The notes beneath the pieces were generated by a model that saw nothing but the letters and a program-made list of their open reading frames with translations, did not search any database and was not told the origin of the DNA. A program made the position numbers and the translations under genes. A stretch of DNA of 63,698 nucleotides, counting the filler, from Klebsormidium nitens (lineage: Eukaryota; Plantae; Klebsormidiophyceae): NCBI GenBank assembly GCA_000708835.1. It is 4 parts of 4 records of this genome, joined end to end, with 100 filler letters (N's around TTAATTAATTAA, not from the genome) between each part and the next. Parts side by side here need not be neighbours in the genome. Positions count along the whole stretch, not along the records: positions 1 to 13,949 come from DF238056.1; 3 more parts are not named here. The stretch is one strand, 5' to 3'. How positions within the stretch are numbered: position 1 is the stretch's first letter; each line of letters opens with the position of its first letter. Shown one piece after another: positions 1-9,808 of this stretch.

Positions 1-164
1 CCGATGGTCACCAAGAAATTTTAGCATGGTCACTGAGAATATCTCTCTGGGGCATGTGTCTCTGGATCAGTCAAAAGTCGCCTCCTTCTTATATATAGAA
101 AAAGGGCGATTCTGACTGAATAGGACCCCGCACCTGCTTCGACTAGAATCAACCTCCACCAATT

Positions 165-578
165 ATGTTACTTTTCTACTTCAAGACAATATGCATCATG
201 CAAAAGAGGCGATCGGCAGCTGTCCGATATGTGGACACAGATCGGCCTCAGAATATGCGTCATCTGTTAGATGAAGTCAAATGTTATGATTTGGATTCAG
301 AGCGTCCCGAAATGCTAATCGAACGAGGATTATACATTCAATCAGTCGAAAGTGCGGATCTAAGAAGAGGGGTACTACTGATTCTTGCACGTGCAATGGA
401 TCCGGTGTCCAAGACAACCACTCTAAGATCTCTGTCAAACTTTCTAGATGATGCGATGTGTTCCCCATATAAAGAAGCCGGATACTTGGCGCAAAACGTC
501 AATCTGATCCTATATGTAGCGGAGCAAGTGCTTGATGGTGGCGTCGAACGAGGCTACACAGCAATTATTCAAAAATAA
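165..578 (+). CDS. hypothetical protein (137-aa ORF, convergent with the primase-helicase)
   Basis: Uninterrupted ORF with protein-like composition; no recognisable motif. Confidence 0.35.
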   Translation: MLLFYFKTICIMQKRRSAAVRYVDTDRPQNMRHLLDEVKCYDLDSERPEMLIERGLYIQSVESADLRRGVLLILARAMDPVSKTTTLRSLSNFLDDAMCSPYKEAGYLAQNVNLILYVAEQVLDGGVERGYTAIIQK

Positions 579-675
579 CAAATTTCTGAACGACCTCAAT
601 CTCCAATGAAAGGCTATACATATCCGGTACTTGACTCATCTCAAGAACCTTGCCCATTCTCTTTAGTGGTTCCAG

Positions 676-1278
676 CTAATCTATTTCATCAACTTCCACG
701 AAACAGGTTTTGCTTTTCTTCTCCATCAACCTGTCTCTCAATCCTCCGTAGCGCTCATCGAGGGCTTTCCAATCTCTCATAGGAACGACTTGATGAGAAC
801 CTCGGCGAACACCATGCGAATATTTCGCCAATTGTATCGTAAGTCCTAGCCCGCCTTCCAAGATCATTTTGATCACGTTCCTTTTTTTTGTTGCGGTCAG
901 CTTCTCCCCCACGAAAGAAGTTCGCGGCCTATATAAGGCCTCTAGATTACCGAGAGAGCTTCCAAACTCTCCCATATCAAAGACTTCTAACAGCTTCTCC
1001 TCCCCACCATCTCCACCAACAATCTCAAAGCTCCCAAACACGGCGTTGTTGATCTCTTCAGGAGCTACGCCTGCTAAGGCCGCCAGCACGCACCAAGCAT
1101 AATTAACTCCATTTGCTGGCCTATTTCTCACATCGAGATACTCTTGGACATTTTCCGTTTGTTGCCCTTCGTGGATAGCCATGCTGAGGGTGCCGTTGGT
1201 AGATGCATAAGTGGAAGTGACGAACCTGCAGAAAGCAATATGATTAGCAATTGCCAGCACACTTATGCATCTATCCAA
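676..1278 (-). CDS. probable C-terminal exon of the primase-helicase (origin-binding-protein-like C-terminal region)
   Basis: 200-aa ORF directly downstream of, and co-oriented with, the helicase exons; the domain identity is inferred from position only. Confidence 0.5.
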   Translation of the reverse strand: MDRCISVLAIANHIAFCRFVTSTYASTNGTLSMAIHEGQQTENVQEYLDVRNRPANGVNYAWCVLAALAGVAPEEINNAVFGSFEIVGGDGGEEKLLEVFDMGEFGSSLGNLEALYRPRTSFVGEKLTATKKRNVIKMILEGGLGLTIQLAKYSHGVRRGSHQVVPMRDWKALDERYGGLRDRLMEKKSKTCFVEVDEID

Positions 1279-4200
1279 TCTAGCCTTCTTTCATGCTCAA
1301 TTGCTCTAGAGCCCACCGACTGAACCAAAGCATATTCTTTCCTCGAACTCGCATGCTTCAGCTAGAGTATCTACTGGAACCATGTATTTATATAACAGTC
1401 AATTAGATGCAACTCGAAGGACAAGCATCCAGGCTTCTGTTGCAGATAAAGCGCAAGGACGGCGGCGTATACCTCCACTCAGCATTGGAGAAAGTATCTT
1501 AAGGGTTGGAACAAACCTCTCATAGTTCTCGACTTCATCGTCAGACTCTTGGCATGCATCCCTCGCACATATTTTTCCACGAACTTGCGATCTACATTGT
1601 TGTATTGGATTCCGTAGTCAAAAACGGCCTTGCAGTATATCTCGTACCTGAGAACGTCCTGTTTAGTGACGCCTCCAGAGGGCGAATTCAGCATGCCTTG
1701 AATCTTCTCGAACTGATTCCAAGTTATGAGATGCCTTTTGCGCCACTGGTCAATTGTCTCATCAACGACTTCCTCAGCTGTCCCTAGGACAGACATCGCA
1801 GCCTCTCCCTCTGTCCGCATGCTCAATTGATTCACCACGCTGACCCCTTGCCGCTGAAGATCCTCTGTGACCAGCTCGACATAGTATTGCCGACTTTGCA
1901 GCCGGCCCAACAAATTGTTTGCATACAGGTTGCACGTTGCAGAGGTGCGATCATAAATAGGACGCTCTCCGGGAGCACCCCGCAACATGTCCAGATGATC
2001 CATCGAGACCCCTTGCATCATATCGGCTAATTGCTGATCGCTATCCTCTAACATACGAAACACCTCTTCTTTGGTACTCGGGTAAGCAATTATGCGGCGG
2101 CTGGGGATCTTGCCGTAGAAAATTTGGATATCTCCAGCATCTCTCGCCCTCTGTATCTGCTGCATTAGAACCTGGACGTCGGGATGATGATCGGAGTTAA
2201 TCGCCACCGCAATTACCACATCGTAACTATTCTTTTTCTCAATCGATACACCAGGGCCAATGGTGGGCGTAAATGCAAGGCAATCCGCAATAAGCGCGTC
2301 GTCTGGATTCGAGATTGCGTGCTGCAGCAGCATCTTGTCGGATGTCTCTCGCTTGTCGCCATGAAAAGCAATGAGCTTCTTTTCCGGAAGTCGAACCTTG
2401 AACGCAGCCTCCAGCAGCTCGACGAACATCTTGCTTGTGGCGGGAACCTGGAATGCCGCGACAAGGAAGGTTTGAGTCACGGAATTTTTGAACGACTTCT
2501 AGTAGCTTCTAGGGCTGAGGGCCTCGCCTCACGATCTTGGGCCTCGAGAGTGACAATTCAAAGAGTGCGTAGATCGAGTCGGAACGTGAATGGGAGAAAA
2601 GGAATTCTTGAACCGCGACTGATTCCGAATTTTTGTCCCATTTGTGGCATAGCCTACGCCTGCCATACTTACAGCCCTCGAGCAACAGGAGCAAGAATGC
2701 CTTTGGAGATAAAGTCGGAAGCCAGATGGGAAAAAAAAATATTCCTCAACTATACGTTTTCTCGAATCGCAAGTTTTTTTTGTTCCCGTCTCAACTGATA
2801 TTGAGGGTCTGCTGGGCTTCCAAAGCCCCGGAGCAACAGACGCAAAAATGCCCATATCGAGTCGGAAGGCGAGCGGGGAAAAAAGGGCATTCCTATTATA
2901 TACGTTTTCTTGAATCGCAAAAATTAATTTTTCCCGTCCATCCGAGGCTGAGGGTCTGCCGGACTTGGGGCCTCGACTCTCGAAGCGATCGATGAAGAGG
3001 GCAAAAAATAGAGTCTGAGCTACAAAGATCAGGGAGCTGAGTCTCTCTCGTGAGCTTTGGAACGCAGGAGTGCGGAACAGATCGTCAATCAGTTAAGTCG
3101 AGAGAAGCGATTTCAGTAACGGTGCTCACCATGACACTTTTCTCGGATGCCACAAGGTCTAAAACTCTCTCCACTACCAGAGAGTAGGTCTCCTTGGGCT
3201 GCCGCTTTCCCTCAAGCGGTCCAGGCATGGGCATGATGAAGGCCTTTCGGGTCGAAGGCCAGACGCCGAGATTGCGGATGGTGTAGAAACGGCTCGTGTG
3301 CCGCAGGGTTTGGATCCATTCTACCACGCGGGGGCAGTTCAGATGGGCGTCGCATAGAAACGCCGCTTTTGCGCTAGCAACAATCCCCTCGAGGGCCATA
3401 AAGACCCGCTTCTTGTCCTTCATGACAGTTGACGCCATGTTGGTCAGCGTGAAGTTGACTTCGTCCATGACCACCAGATCGAAGTAAGGCAGTACCCTCG
3501 CTATCGAATTGATACAAACCACCACCCGCCTTGCAGTTATCTTCCCCCCTGCCTCATCGAGGTAGCATACAAAATCTAGCCCGTCCTTCTTGGTCTCTTC
3601 GTGGTATTTTCTAGCCAGGGCGATATTCGAAGCGATCAGACAGACGGAAGCCTCGGCGGGCAATTTGGGCAATAGCCCATGAAAGAGCTCTTTGGACTTC
3701 CCCGCGCCCATGTTGGCCATCACGAGAGTCGTCTGAGGCTCTGCATCACGGCAAAGGTTGGGGACGGGGTACCCGAGCATCCGTCCGACGATGTTGTACT
3801 CGCTGCTCCAGGACACGATACACTCCGCATCCAGTTGCAGGACCCGTTGTAATCGCTCAGTGCTGCTGCCGCCATGTACTGCAGCGCCGCTGTGAATGAA
3901 TAGAGTTGAATGTTTCAAGAGGCCATTTTGAGAGCACGATAAAACACACAAGTTCGGCGCCTCACCGTTTTGCTGATGGACTTTGAGAACCTGCCGCCTA
4001 TCTGTCCATTCCATGCTGAAGCTCAACCGCGCTTGGGCAGAACCTTGTCTTGTGTCGCAGTTCAGTAACTAAACTTTTCCTTGATCGGATCTTGGGGTCT
4101 TGCGGAAGACGAAGCAGAACACGAAAGACCCTTTCAATGTCCTCACCTGCAGGACGTCGAATGGCACCTGTAGAAGGCCCTGGATGGCGAGCGCCTGCTG

Positions 4201-7110
4201 TACACCAGGTAACCGCACGCGTTCCCCGGAGACGAGTGCGCTCGCCCCGCTATCCAGCAGAAGGGGGTGTTGACTCCGAAGTGCACCGTGAAGACGTCCT
4301 CGCCCATGGCTTCAGCTCGGAGGATCCAGGCGCCTGGATGGTCCCTCTGGTACCTTCGCAGCAAGCGGTCTTTCTCCACATTCGTCAGAGGGTGTTGCAC
4401 GTGAGCTCTCTCCACAAATGTTCCCCTGAGCCCTCGTGCTGGAACCCTCGCAGGGTGCTGAGAGACGGATGCCGCAGGTTCCGCCCGCTGGTTGTAAGCC
4501 GCCAGCAGGTCGCCGTCGAGTTCCGAGGCCGCTGCTCTGTCTGCTGGACTGTGAAAGCCGATCAAGTGGTCCGCAATGTCGCGAGAGCTCCCGACTGTTG
4601 GCGCGAGAGGACGGCCCGACCCCTTCTTTTCGGAGTAAAGGGTGCGCCAGTTCTGAAACGAGCTATAAACGGTTGTGTCGATGAGGCACTTCTCGACAAA
4701 GACTCCTTCCTTATTGTCTTGGAAGAAGAGGAATTCGCAGCTCCGCCGCAGCTGCTTCGGGGGGTTTTTAAGGAAAAGAGCCAGGGCTTTCTTCAACTCG
4801 ACTCGGGTGGACGAGTCCTTCAGACAGAAGCCTTGCAGGCAGACATGGGCGCTGAACTTATACCCTCCGTTTTTGTGCTTCCCATGGGCGGTCGCAACCT
4901 GAAAGGCAATTGCTTCCGAGGGGACCTTGAGGACCTGCTCGAGGAAGCCACGCAGCACAATGTCGCAATGTTCGAAACGTTCTTGGAAATCTCCTTCGTC
5001 CCGGCCCCTTGTTGAATAGTCGATGTCAACATAAAACTTCGAAGAGGTATGCGCGTCGATGCATTCGTAGTGATTCAGGACGATACCCTCTGCCCGCAGC
5101 CTTTCCAAATAACCCACGAAGACGCCAGCGTTCGCAAAGCTCGAAAACTTCTTATGCCCCCCGGAGGAATACAAGTCACAGGATCCAATCAGAGCGTGCT
5201 CTTGTGCTTGCTGGTGCACAACGGCTGGTGCCTTCTTGTGGAACCAGAGCTGGCCGAGGAAGTCTTCGTCCAAAGGATGATGCTGCAGACATACAAGAGA
5301 TGCTGTCAGATATGCAGGCCCGGAGAGCGAGTCATTGGTAGTATCTGGCCCCAGAGTGATAAACGAATGACTAAACCGCATAGCGCAGATCGACATGGGA
5401 AAAAAAAGCTTTTATAACCTATATACTTTCTGAATCTGGAAAGCTTTTTATTCCCGATGCATTGGGCTTTAGATGCGGGCATTCTTGGGGCCCGAGAGCG
5501 ATCCTGGGCACCCAAATGACGAGTTCTCATGAGCCCAAGTTTCGAGCCGTCCCCACCATCCTACTTCGTTCCGATCTGCAGAACTGCTTACGTGGTTACT
5601 ACCATCAGCCACATTAGCCAAGCTATTCCATCCCCGGAGGTGAAAGTGTGCCTTCTGCTTTTCGGGCCGCAGCAAGAGCTCACATGTTCGAAGGAGAAGC
5701 AAGGCTCTTCTTCCTGCTTCCGCTTCACGCCCCTTTGGCTCGGCAACAACATGGCGCTCGTGCTATCAGGAGGTGCCTGAGGGAATTGGTGGGTATGTCA
5801 GATGTTGCTGACGGCATCGTCTGAGAATTACAACTCGAGAGCGAATTCAACAGGCCATTCTGGACTCAAGAAGTGCAAGGCATATGAGGGCTTGGAACTG
5901 CCACGTGGCACTTTTTGCTGGTCGAAAATGCTCGGTGCGCCCCTAACTGAAGCTCTAATTCAAAGGCACGCAAGCTGTCCTACTAGCCTCGACGTACGTG
6001 CATGCAAGCTGGTTGACATGGTACCTTGACTTGCCTGCTGCAAGGAGTTGCCGTCCCTCGTGACAGTGGCAGCAGGATTCATGAGTTCCTCGCTGGCATC
6101 GAGGGAGGCGTTGGAGTCAGAGCGCTCTTCTCTAGCAAGGGTAGGCGGGATGTTGGTGCTGAACTCGTGAAAGGGGGATCCGGCGTCAAAGGCTCGGCTG
6201 ACAATGGGGCCCTGGCAAGAGGGGGACTCGTTTAATCCGTGCCACTGATGATCTAGCGAATGAATGAATGGCTGTTGCAAGGCAGGCAGCACCGACCCTA
6301 AGCCCCAGAGGGGGCGGGAAAAAACAACTTTCGCGATTCAAGAAAACGTACAGATAAGGGGATTTTTTTTACCCCCATCTGCCTTCCGACTCAATCTATG
6401 CATTGTTGTATCTCAGCGCTCCAGGGCCCCTGTAGAAGGCCGTGGGTATCATGTATTGATACTGGAAAGCATCACAGGGGCAGCATCGCCTACCGAGAGC
6501 ACATCAGTCAAGCGCTGCATATAAAAGACCGGCAAATGCATCTGCTGAGAATTTTTCTTCGAAATGGAGCAACCTGCGGGTTGGGATTAGAGATGCACTC
6601 TACTCTCAGCAACGGGTCCAAGAAAAACGCTCACCTCCATCCACACTTCTGTCACTCTCGAGTTCCCATCACCGCTCTCCACGTGCTTCTCACTGACCCT
6701 TGGGCCCGTTTGCGATAGAGGCGGGACCAAGGCTGACGCTGATTTCGAGCTGCCCACCGCTTTGAATGAGGGCCCTGGATTGCTCTCGATGCCTCCAATC
6801 ATCAGGAAAGTGGCTGCAGAGTTTGAAAAGACGACCTTGCGATTGGGTAGGCAGCCATATGGAACAACTCGGATATCTCAGATCAAAGCTAACAAAACCG
6901 TGTGCAGGGCGTGTGCATCACGTGCACGCACTGAGAACAACGTCCAGGTCTCCACTTGTAAGGAATTTGAATCCCTTACCTAGAAGTTCATGGCTCAACG
7001 GCTTTGATGGAGAAAGCGCTGCTTTGGAGCTGGCCTGATCCCAAACCGCACAAGCGAAAAGAGTCAACGCAAAGCTTGGAGACTTTACCACTGTTTCGAA
7101 AAGGCTCTGC
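676..7110 (-). CDS. spliced AEP primase-Zn knuckle-UL9-like SF2 helicase fusion gene (virus-like replication protein) with N-terminal 2A-like motif; 5' exon structure partly unresolved
   Basis: Four collinear minus-strand ORFs joined by GT-AG introns. ATG|GTGAGC at 3130 splices to CAG|GTTCCC at 2447, giving SVM-VPATSKMFVELLE. TGC AG|GTGAGG at about 4147 splices in frame to an AG near 4050. Candidate 5' exons lie at 5684-5776, about 6040-6250, 6630-6813 and 6980 upward. One phase (5684 to 5344) and the 1479-to-1278 junction are not resolved. Confidence 0.7.
1479..2447 (-). CDS. UL9-like SF2 helicase, C-terminal RecA domain exon
   Basis: Motifs PATSK, IAFHGD, FTPTIGPGVSI (motif V) and MQQIQRAR (motif VI); acceptor CAG at 2448-2450. 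Confidence 0.8.
   Translation of the reverse strand, partial: VPATSKMFVELLEAAFKVRLPEKKLIAFHGDKRETSDKMLLQHAISNPDDALIADCLAFTPTIGPGVSIEKKNSYDVVIAVAINSDHHPDVQVLMQQIQRARDAGDIQIFYGKIPSRRIIAYPSTKEEVFRMLEDSDQQLADMMQGVSMDHLDMLRGAPGERPIYDRTSATCNLYANNLLGRLQSRQYYVELVTEDLQRQGVSVVNQLSMRTEGEAAMSVLGTAEEVVDETIDQWRKRHLITWNQFEKIQGMLNSPSGGVTKQDVLRYEIYCKAVFDYGIQYNNVDRKFVEKYVRGMHAKSLTMKSRTMRGLFQPLRYFLQC
2576..2936 (+). repeat. three degenerate copies (2576-2639, 2713-2788, 2859-2936) of a ~75-bp repeat in the helicase intron
   Basis: Shared pattern GAGTCGGAAG..GGG(A)n..TATACGTTTTCTYGAATCGC..(T)nCCCG; the first copy is the most degenerate. Confidence 0.8.
3130..4050 (-). CDS. UL9-like (Herpes_ori_bp-type) SF2 helicase, N-terminal RecA domain exon
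   Basis: Walker A ANMGAGKS, motif Ia LIASNIALA, Walker B DLVVMDEV and motif III LCDAHL. Confidence 0.85.
4143..5396 (-). CDS. archaeo-eukaryotic primase (PrimPol/UL52-type) with C-H-C-C Zn knuckle
   Basis: AEP motif I FYVDID, motif II KFSAHV and motif III IDTTVYSSFQNWRTLYSEK; Zn knuckle CWIAGRAH...FYRCHSTSC. Confidence 0.9.
   Translation of the reverse strand: MSICAMRFSHSFITLGPDTTNDSLSGPAYLTASLVCLQHHPLDEDFLGQLWFHKKAPAVVHQQAQEHALIGSCDLYSSGGHKKFSSFANAGVFVGYLERLRAEGIVLNHYECIDAHTSSKFYVDIDYSTRGRDEGDFQERFEHCDIVLRGFLEQVLKVPSEAIAFQVATAHGKHKNGGYKFSAHVCLQGFCLKDSSTRVELKKALALFLKNPPKQLRRSCEFLFFQDNKEGVFVEKCLIDTTVYSSFQNWRTLYSEKKGSGRPLAPTVGSSRDIADHLIGFHSPADRAAASELDGDLLAAYNQRAEPAASVSQHPARVPARGLRGTFVERAHVQHPLTNVEKDRLLRRYQRDHPGAWILRAEAMGEDVFTVHFGVNTPFCWIAGRAHSSPGNACGYLVYSRRSPSRAFYRCHSTSCR
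5387..5456 (+). repeat. degenerate copy of the same ~75-bp repeat
   Basis: GGGAAAAAAAA..TATATACTTTCTGAATC..TTTTTATTCCCG. Confidence 0.6.
6315..6392 (-). repeat. inverted copy of the same ~75-bp repeat
   Basis: The reverse complement reads GAGTCGGAAGGCAGATGGGG..TGTACGTTTTCTTGAATCGCGAAAGTTGTTTTTTCCCG. Confidence 0.8.
6770..6813 (-). other. 2A/StopGo-like motif (A)TFLMIGGIESNPGP
   Basis: Direct translation; the exon begins after CTGCAG (6814-6816). The upstream donor CTAG|GTAAGG at 6980 gives SHELLATFLMIGGIESNPGP in frame. Confidence 0.65.
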
Positions 7111-7456
7111 CAGAGTCATGCTATCAGCTGCACAAGAGTGGACTTCTAGCATGTAGTAAAAGGCTGACTGTTCCTTTGAGGTCCGGGTCGAGTCCTCCGG
7201 AGCATTTTGCATCCCAGCGGGAATAGGAAAGTTGGTAATGAGGATTTTGAGTAGGAGTTTTGGATTTTATAGGCCCGCAGACGGGCAGCTCCTGCGGTCC
7301 GGTCCGGTCCCGATGCCACGTACAAGCTCCGAAAGGCCATAATATACAGTGGACTGATCCAGACACTAGAAGGTGGCAAAGACTACCAAGTCGGACCGAA
7401 ATAAGCTGCAACGTACCTACACGAGGGATTGGACCGGAGCACCGGACCGTGAGTGC

Positions 7457-7604
7457 ACCCCGAAGTTAGCGGATCGGTTCGGGCCCCGGGTGTTTTACCG
7501 GACCAATTCCGGGGCGACCGTAGCGCGGCGCGGCAGCGCGTTTCGCCAATTGGGGGCGACGCGTGGCACAATGTGGTTGGTCCTTTTATGCCGTTCAACA
7601 GATG
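7457..7604 (+). repeat. ~148-bp direct repeat, copy 1
   Basis: ACCCCGAAGTTAGCGG...GCGTGGCACAATGTGGTTGG...CCGTTCAACAGATG, matching 13793-13941. Confidence 0.9.
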
Positions 7605-8375
7605 CCTTGGACGTCGAAGAATAAACGGATTGCAATTAGCTGGGAGTCTGAGACGTTGACACTTAACACCGAACGGATGAGATTTGCGCGGTTGTCTGAG
7701 AGGGCAGATGAGATACAAAGGTACTAATGCGATCAGCATGTTCTTCGTCTTGTAGAGTTTGAAAACGTGAGCAGTTAGATAAGTGTGAGCTTACGACGAG
7801 GCAAAGAGCCAATCGAATCGTGTCGCATGAGAGGAGGGGGCAGACTGCAGCGTACTACTTGGCACGAGAAAAAGGTAGCACATGTGGGCATTTGCTGAAC
7901 CAGAGGATGGAGCAAGTTCTGACCCACAGTGACTGCTGCAAGTTCTGGAACGTTCCAACCCGTTGCACCAACTCAGCACTATCTGTATTCTTGTCGTGTG
8001 GAATTGTATCCAAATTCCTGACCCTGTTTTGGCATCCAAATCTGCGGGTTCCTTGTAGCAATAAGCATGCATGTGCCAGAGCCAATCTTCATCTCTCAAC
8101 ACACCAATCTTTCTAAGAGCTCACATCTGAGACTTGGTCTGCTGATAGCCAGCTCTTTCAAACCCCCAAACTCTACGCGTTCGCACCGCTTTCGCGGCTC
8201 TCTCCGGACCCGACGCGCTAGTCGTGGGGCGCAGCAATTGAAAGCCGGCTTTGCAGCACCTTTTGGGGGACGTCAACCAGCTCGTTTTCGTAGAGTCGGA
8301 AAGAATAGAAACGGAAAGAACAGGTGGAGCTGGGGCTCAAGAAGGCTTCACACTTCTCCGTCAAATGGATAAATT

Positions 8376-8965
8376 TTGTCTAAAGGAGCTGAGCACTTTT
8401 TACCACGTTCGAGGTACGGAGACTACTTTCGAGATACAATAATTTGCGCTTTTAGCTCGTTGTTGTCCGTGACAGAATATGTTGACCATTTAGTAAGTAA
8501 CAAAAAGGGCATCCTCAAAGCCCTCATCCCCAAAGCTAACGAAGCGAACCCTGCGTAAGGAGGAGAGGGAAAGATAAATGGTGGGAAATTTTTGATGCTT
8601 CAAAAGGCGAAAATTGAACTAAAGCGACGCGCAGGAGGAGCAGCCAGGCTTTAGGGCAGGCCACACCGTTACCAATGCGGAGGGAGGTCGAGGCAGATGG
8701 GAGACCGGCAGCTGTGAAAGAGAGGCCACCCGAGCTTCCGTTGAGATCGGATCGTCAGGAGAACAGAGAGGTGCGAACACATACTCGAGAAATTGCGCGC
8801 ACCCACGGAGAAGGATCCCCCGAGACGGTGGGGATTCGGAGAGAGCGAGTTGCAAAAAAGGTGCATCAGCTGGCGCGACTCGTGGAAGAGAGCACATGAC
8901 GAGCATATCAAGCCGTTCGGCAAATCCGCCCACAACGGCCATCTTGATCTAAGTAAAAAGCAGAG
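8376..8965 (+). pseudogene. degenerate ORF with possible Myb/SANT (trihelix)-like segment
   Basis: Stop-interrupted reading frame ...CEHILEKLRAPTEKDPPRRWGFGESELQKRCISWRDSWKRAHD; the resemblance to Myb/SANT-like helices is weak. Confidence 0.25.
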
Positions 8966-9808
8966 TACGGGACGGTTACTGTCTTGTCGTACTGGCCATC
9001 CGCGTCGTTTCGACTTGCAAGCTAATATGATATTGTACTTTGCAGTCCGGACTCTGGGTCAACAGTCATGGTCCTTTGACCCCTAGTTCCAAGCCCTCTT
9101 TGCGTTGATTCAGCAGCCAAGACGGCGGCATACCCCCATGTGTTACTAAGTTAGGGTTTGCTTTTTGCACGAATAAAAGAAAGCCAGACAGAAACTTCGA
9201 GTGCCGTGCATGGAATATATTGGCCTGCATACATGGCGTATGTTTGCATGGGTTGCAATCTCTGGCAACTAGATAGATCGCGGCACACCCTTGTGAGGGA
9301 GATGTGAATCTGCACGAAAGTAGGCAGGCTCTGGAGTGGCCAATAAGCCCATTCCCTACAGGCTCATGCAGAGGTATCCAGAAGATACCACTAGCTTAGG
9401 CCACAATCTTCATATAAGACTCAGAGGCGTTGTGAAATCTGCTTTGCCTCACTCTTTCGAGGAAACATATCATCATCCAAGCGAAGAGGAGAAGCATTCA
9501 CTTGCTTATTCTAGCTCACAATTTTGGCATGCAAGTGACACTCTCCAGATTACATGGCAAGCGATGACACAGTCACGGTCGAGTCTCCTGATTTGAGATG
9601 GAAAAAAGCTGCTCACGTATTTCAGGTCCACTTTCGATTGCGCTCTCAGTTTAAGATATGTTTTGAGTAGAGCTCTTGACTAATTGGAGGAGCGCTATTA
9701 GTCTCACTGCGCTTTGACAACTAAGATGAGACATTTGAGCGATATGCGTACGACAATCTGAAACGACTCTGATCTCGAGAGCATCACATGCCCACTGCCA
9801 CTACCATA

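Noticed and set aside
4050-5015. 321-aa plus-strand ORF overlapping the primase
   Set aside because: Antisense shadow of a GC-rich coding exon; no motifs.
8178-8186. CGTTCGCAC, the core of the HSV-1 UL9 recognition box, near the UL9-like gene
   Set aside because: A single 9-mer has roughly even odds of occurring by chance in 64 kb on two strands; it is not repeated, and the full box is not matched.
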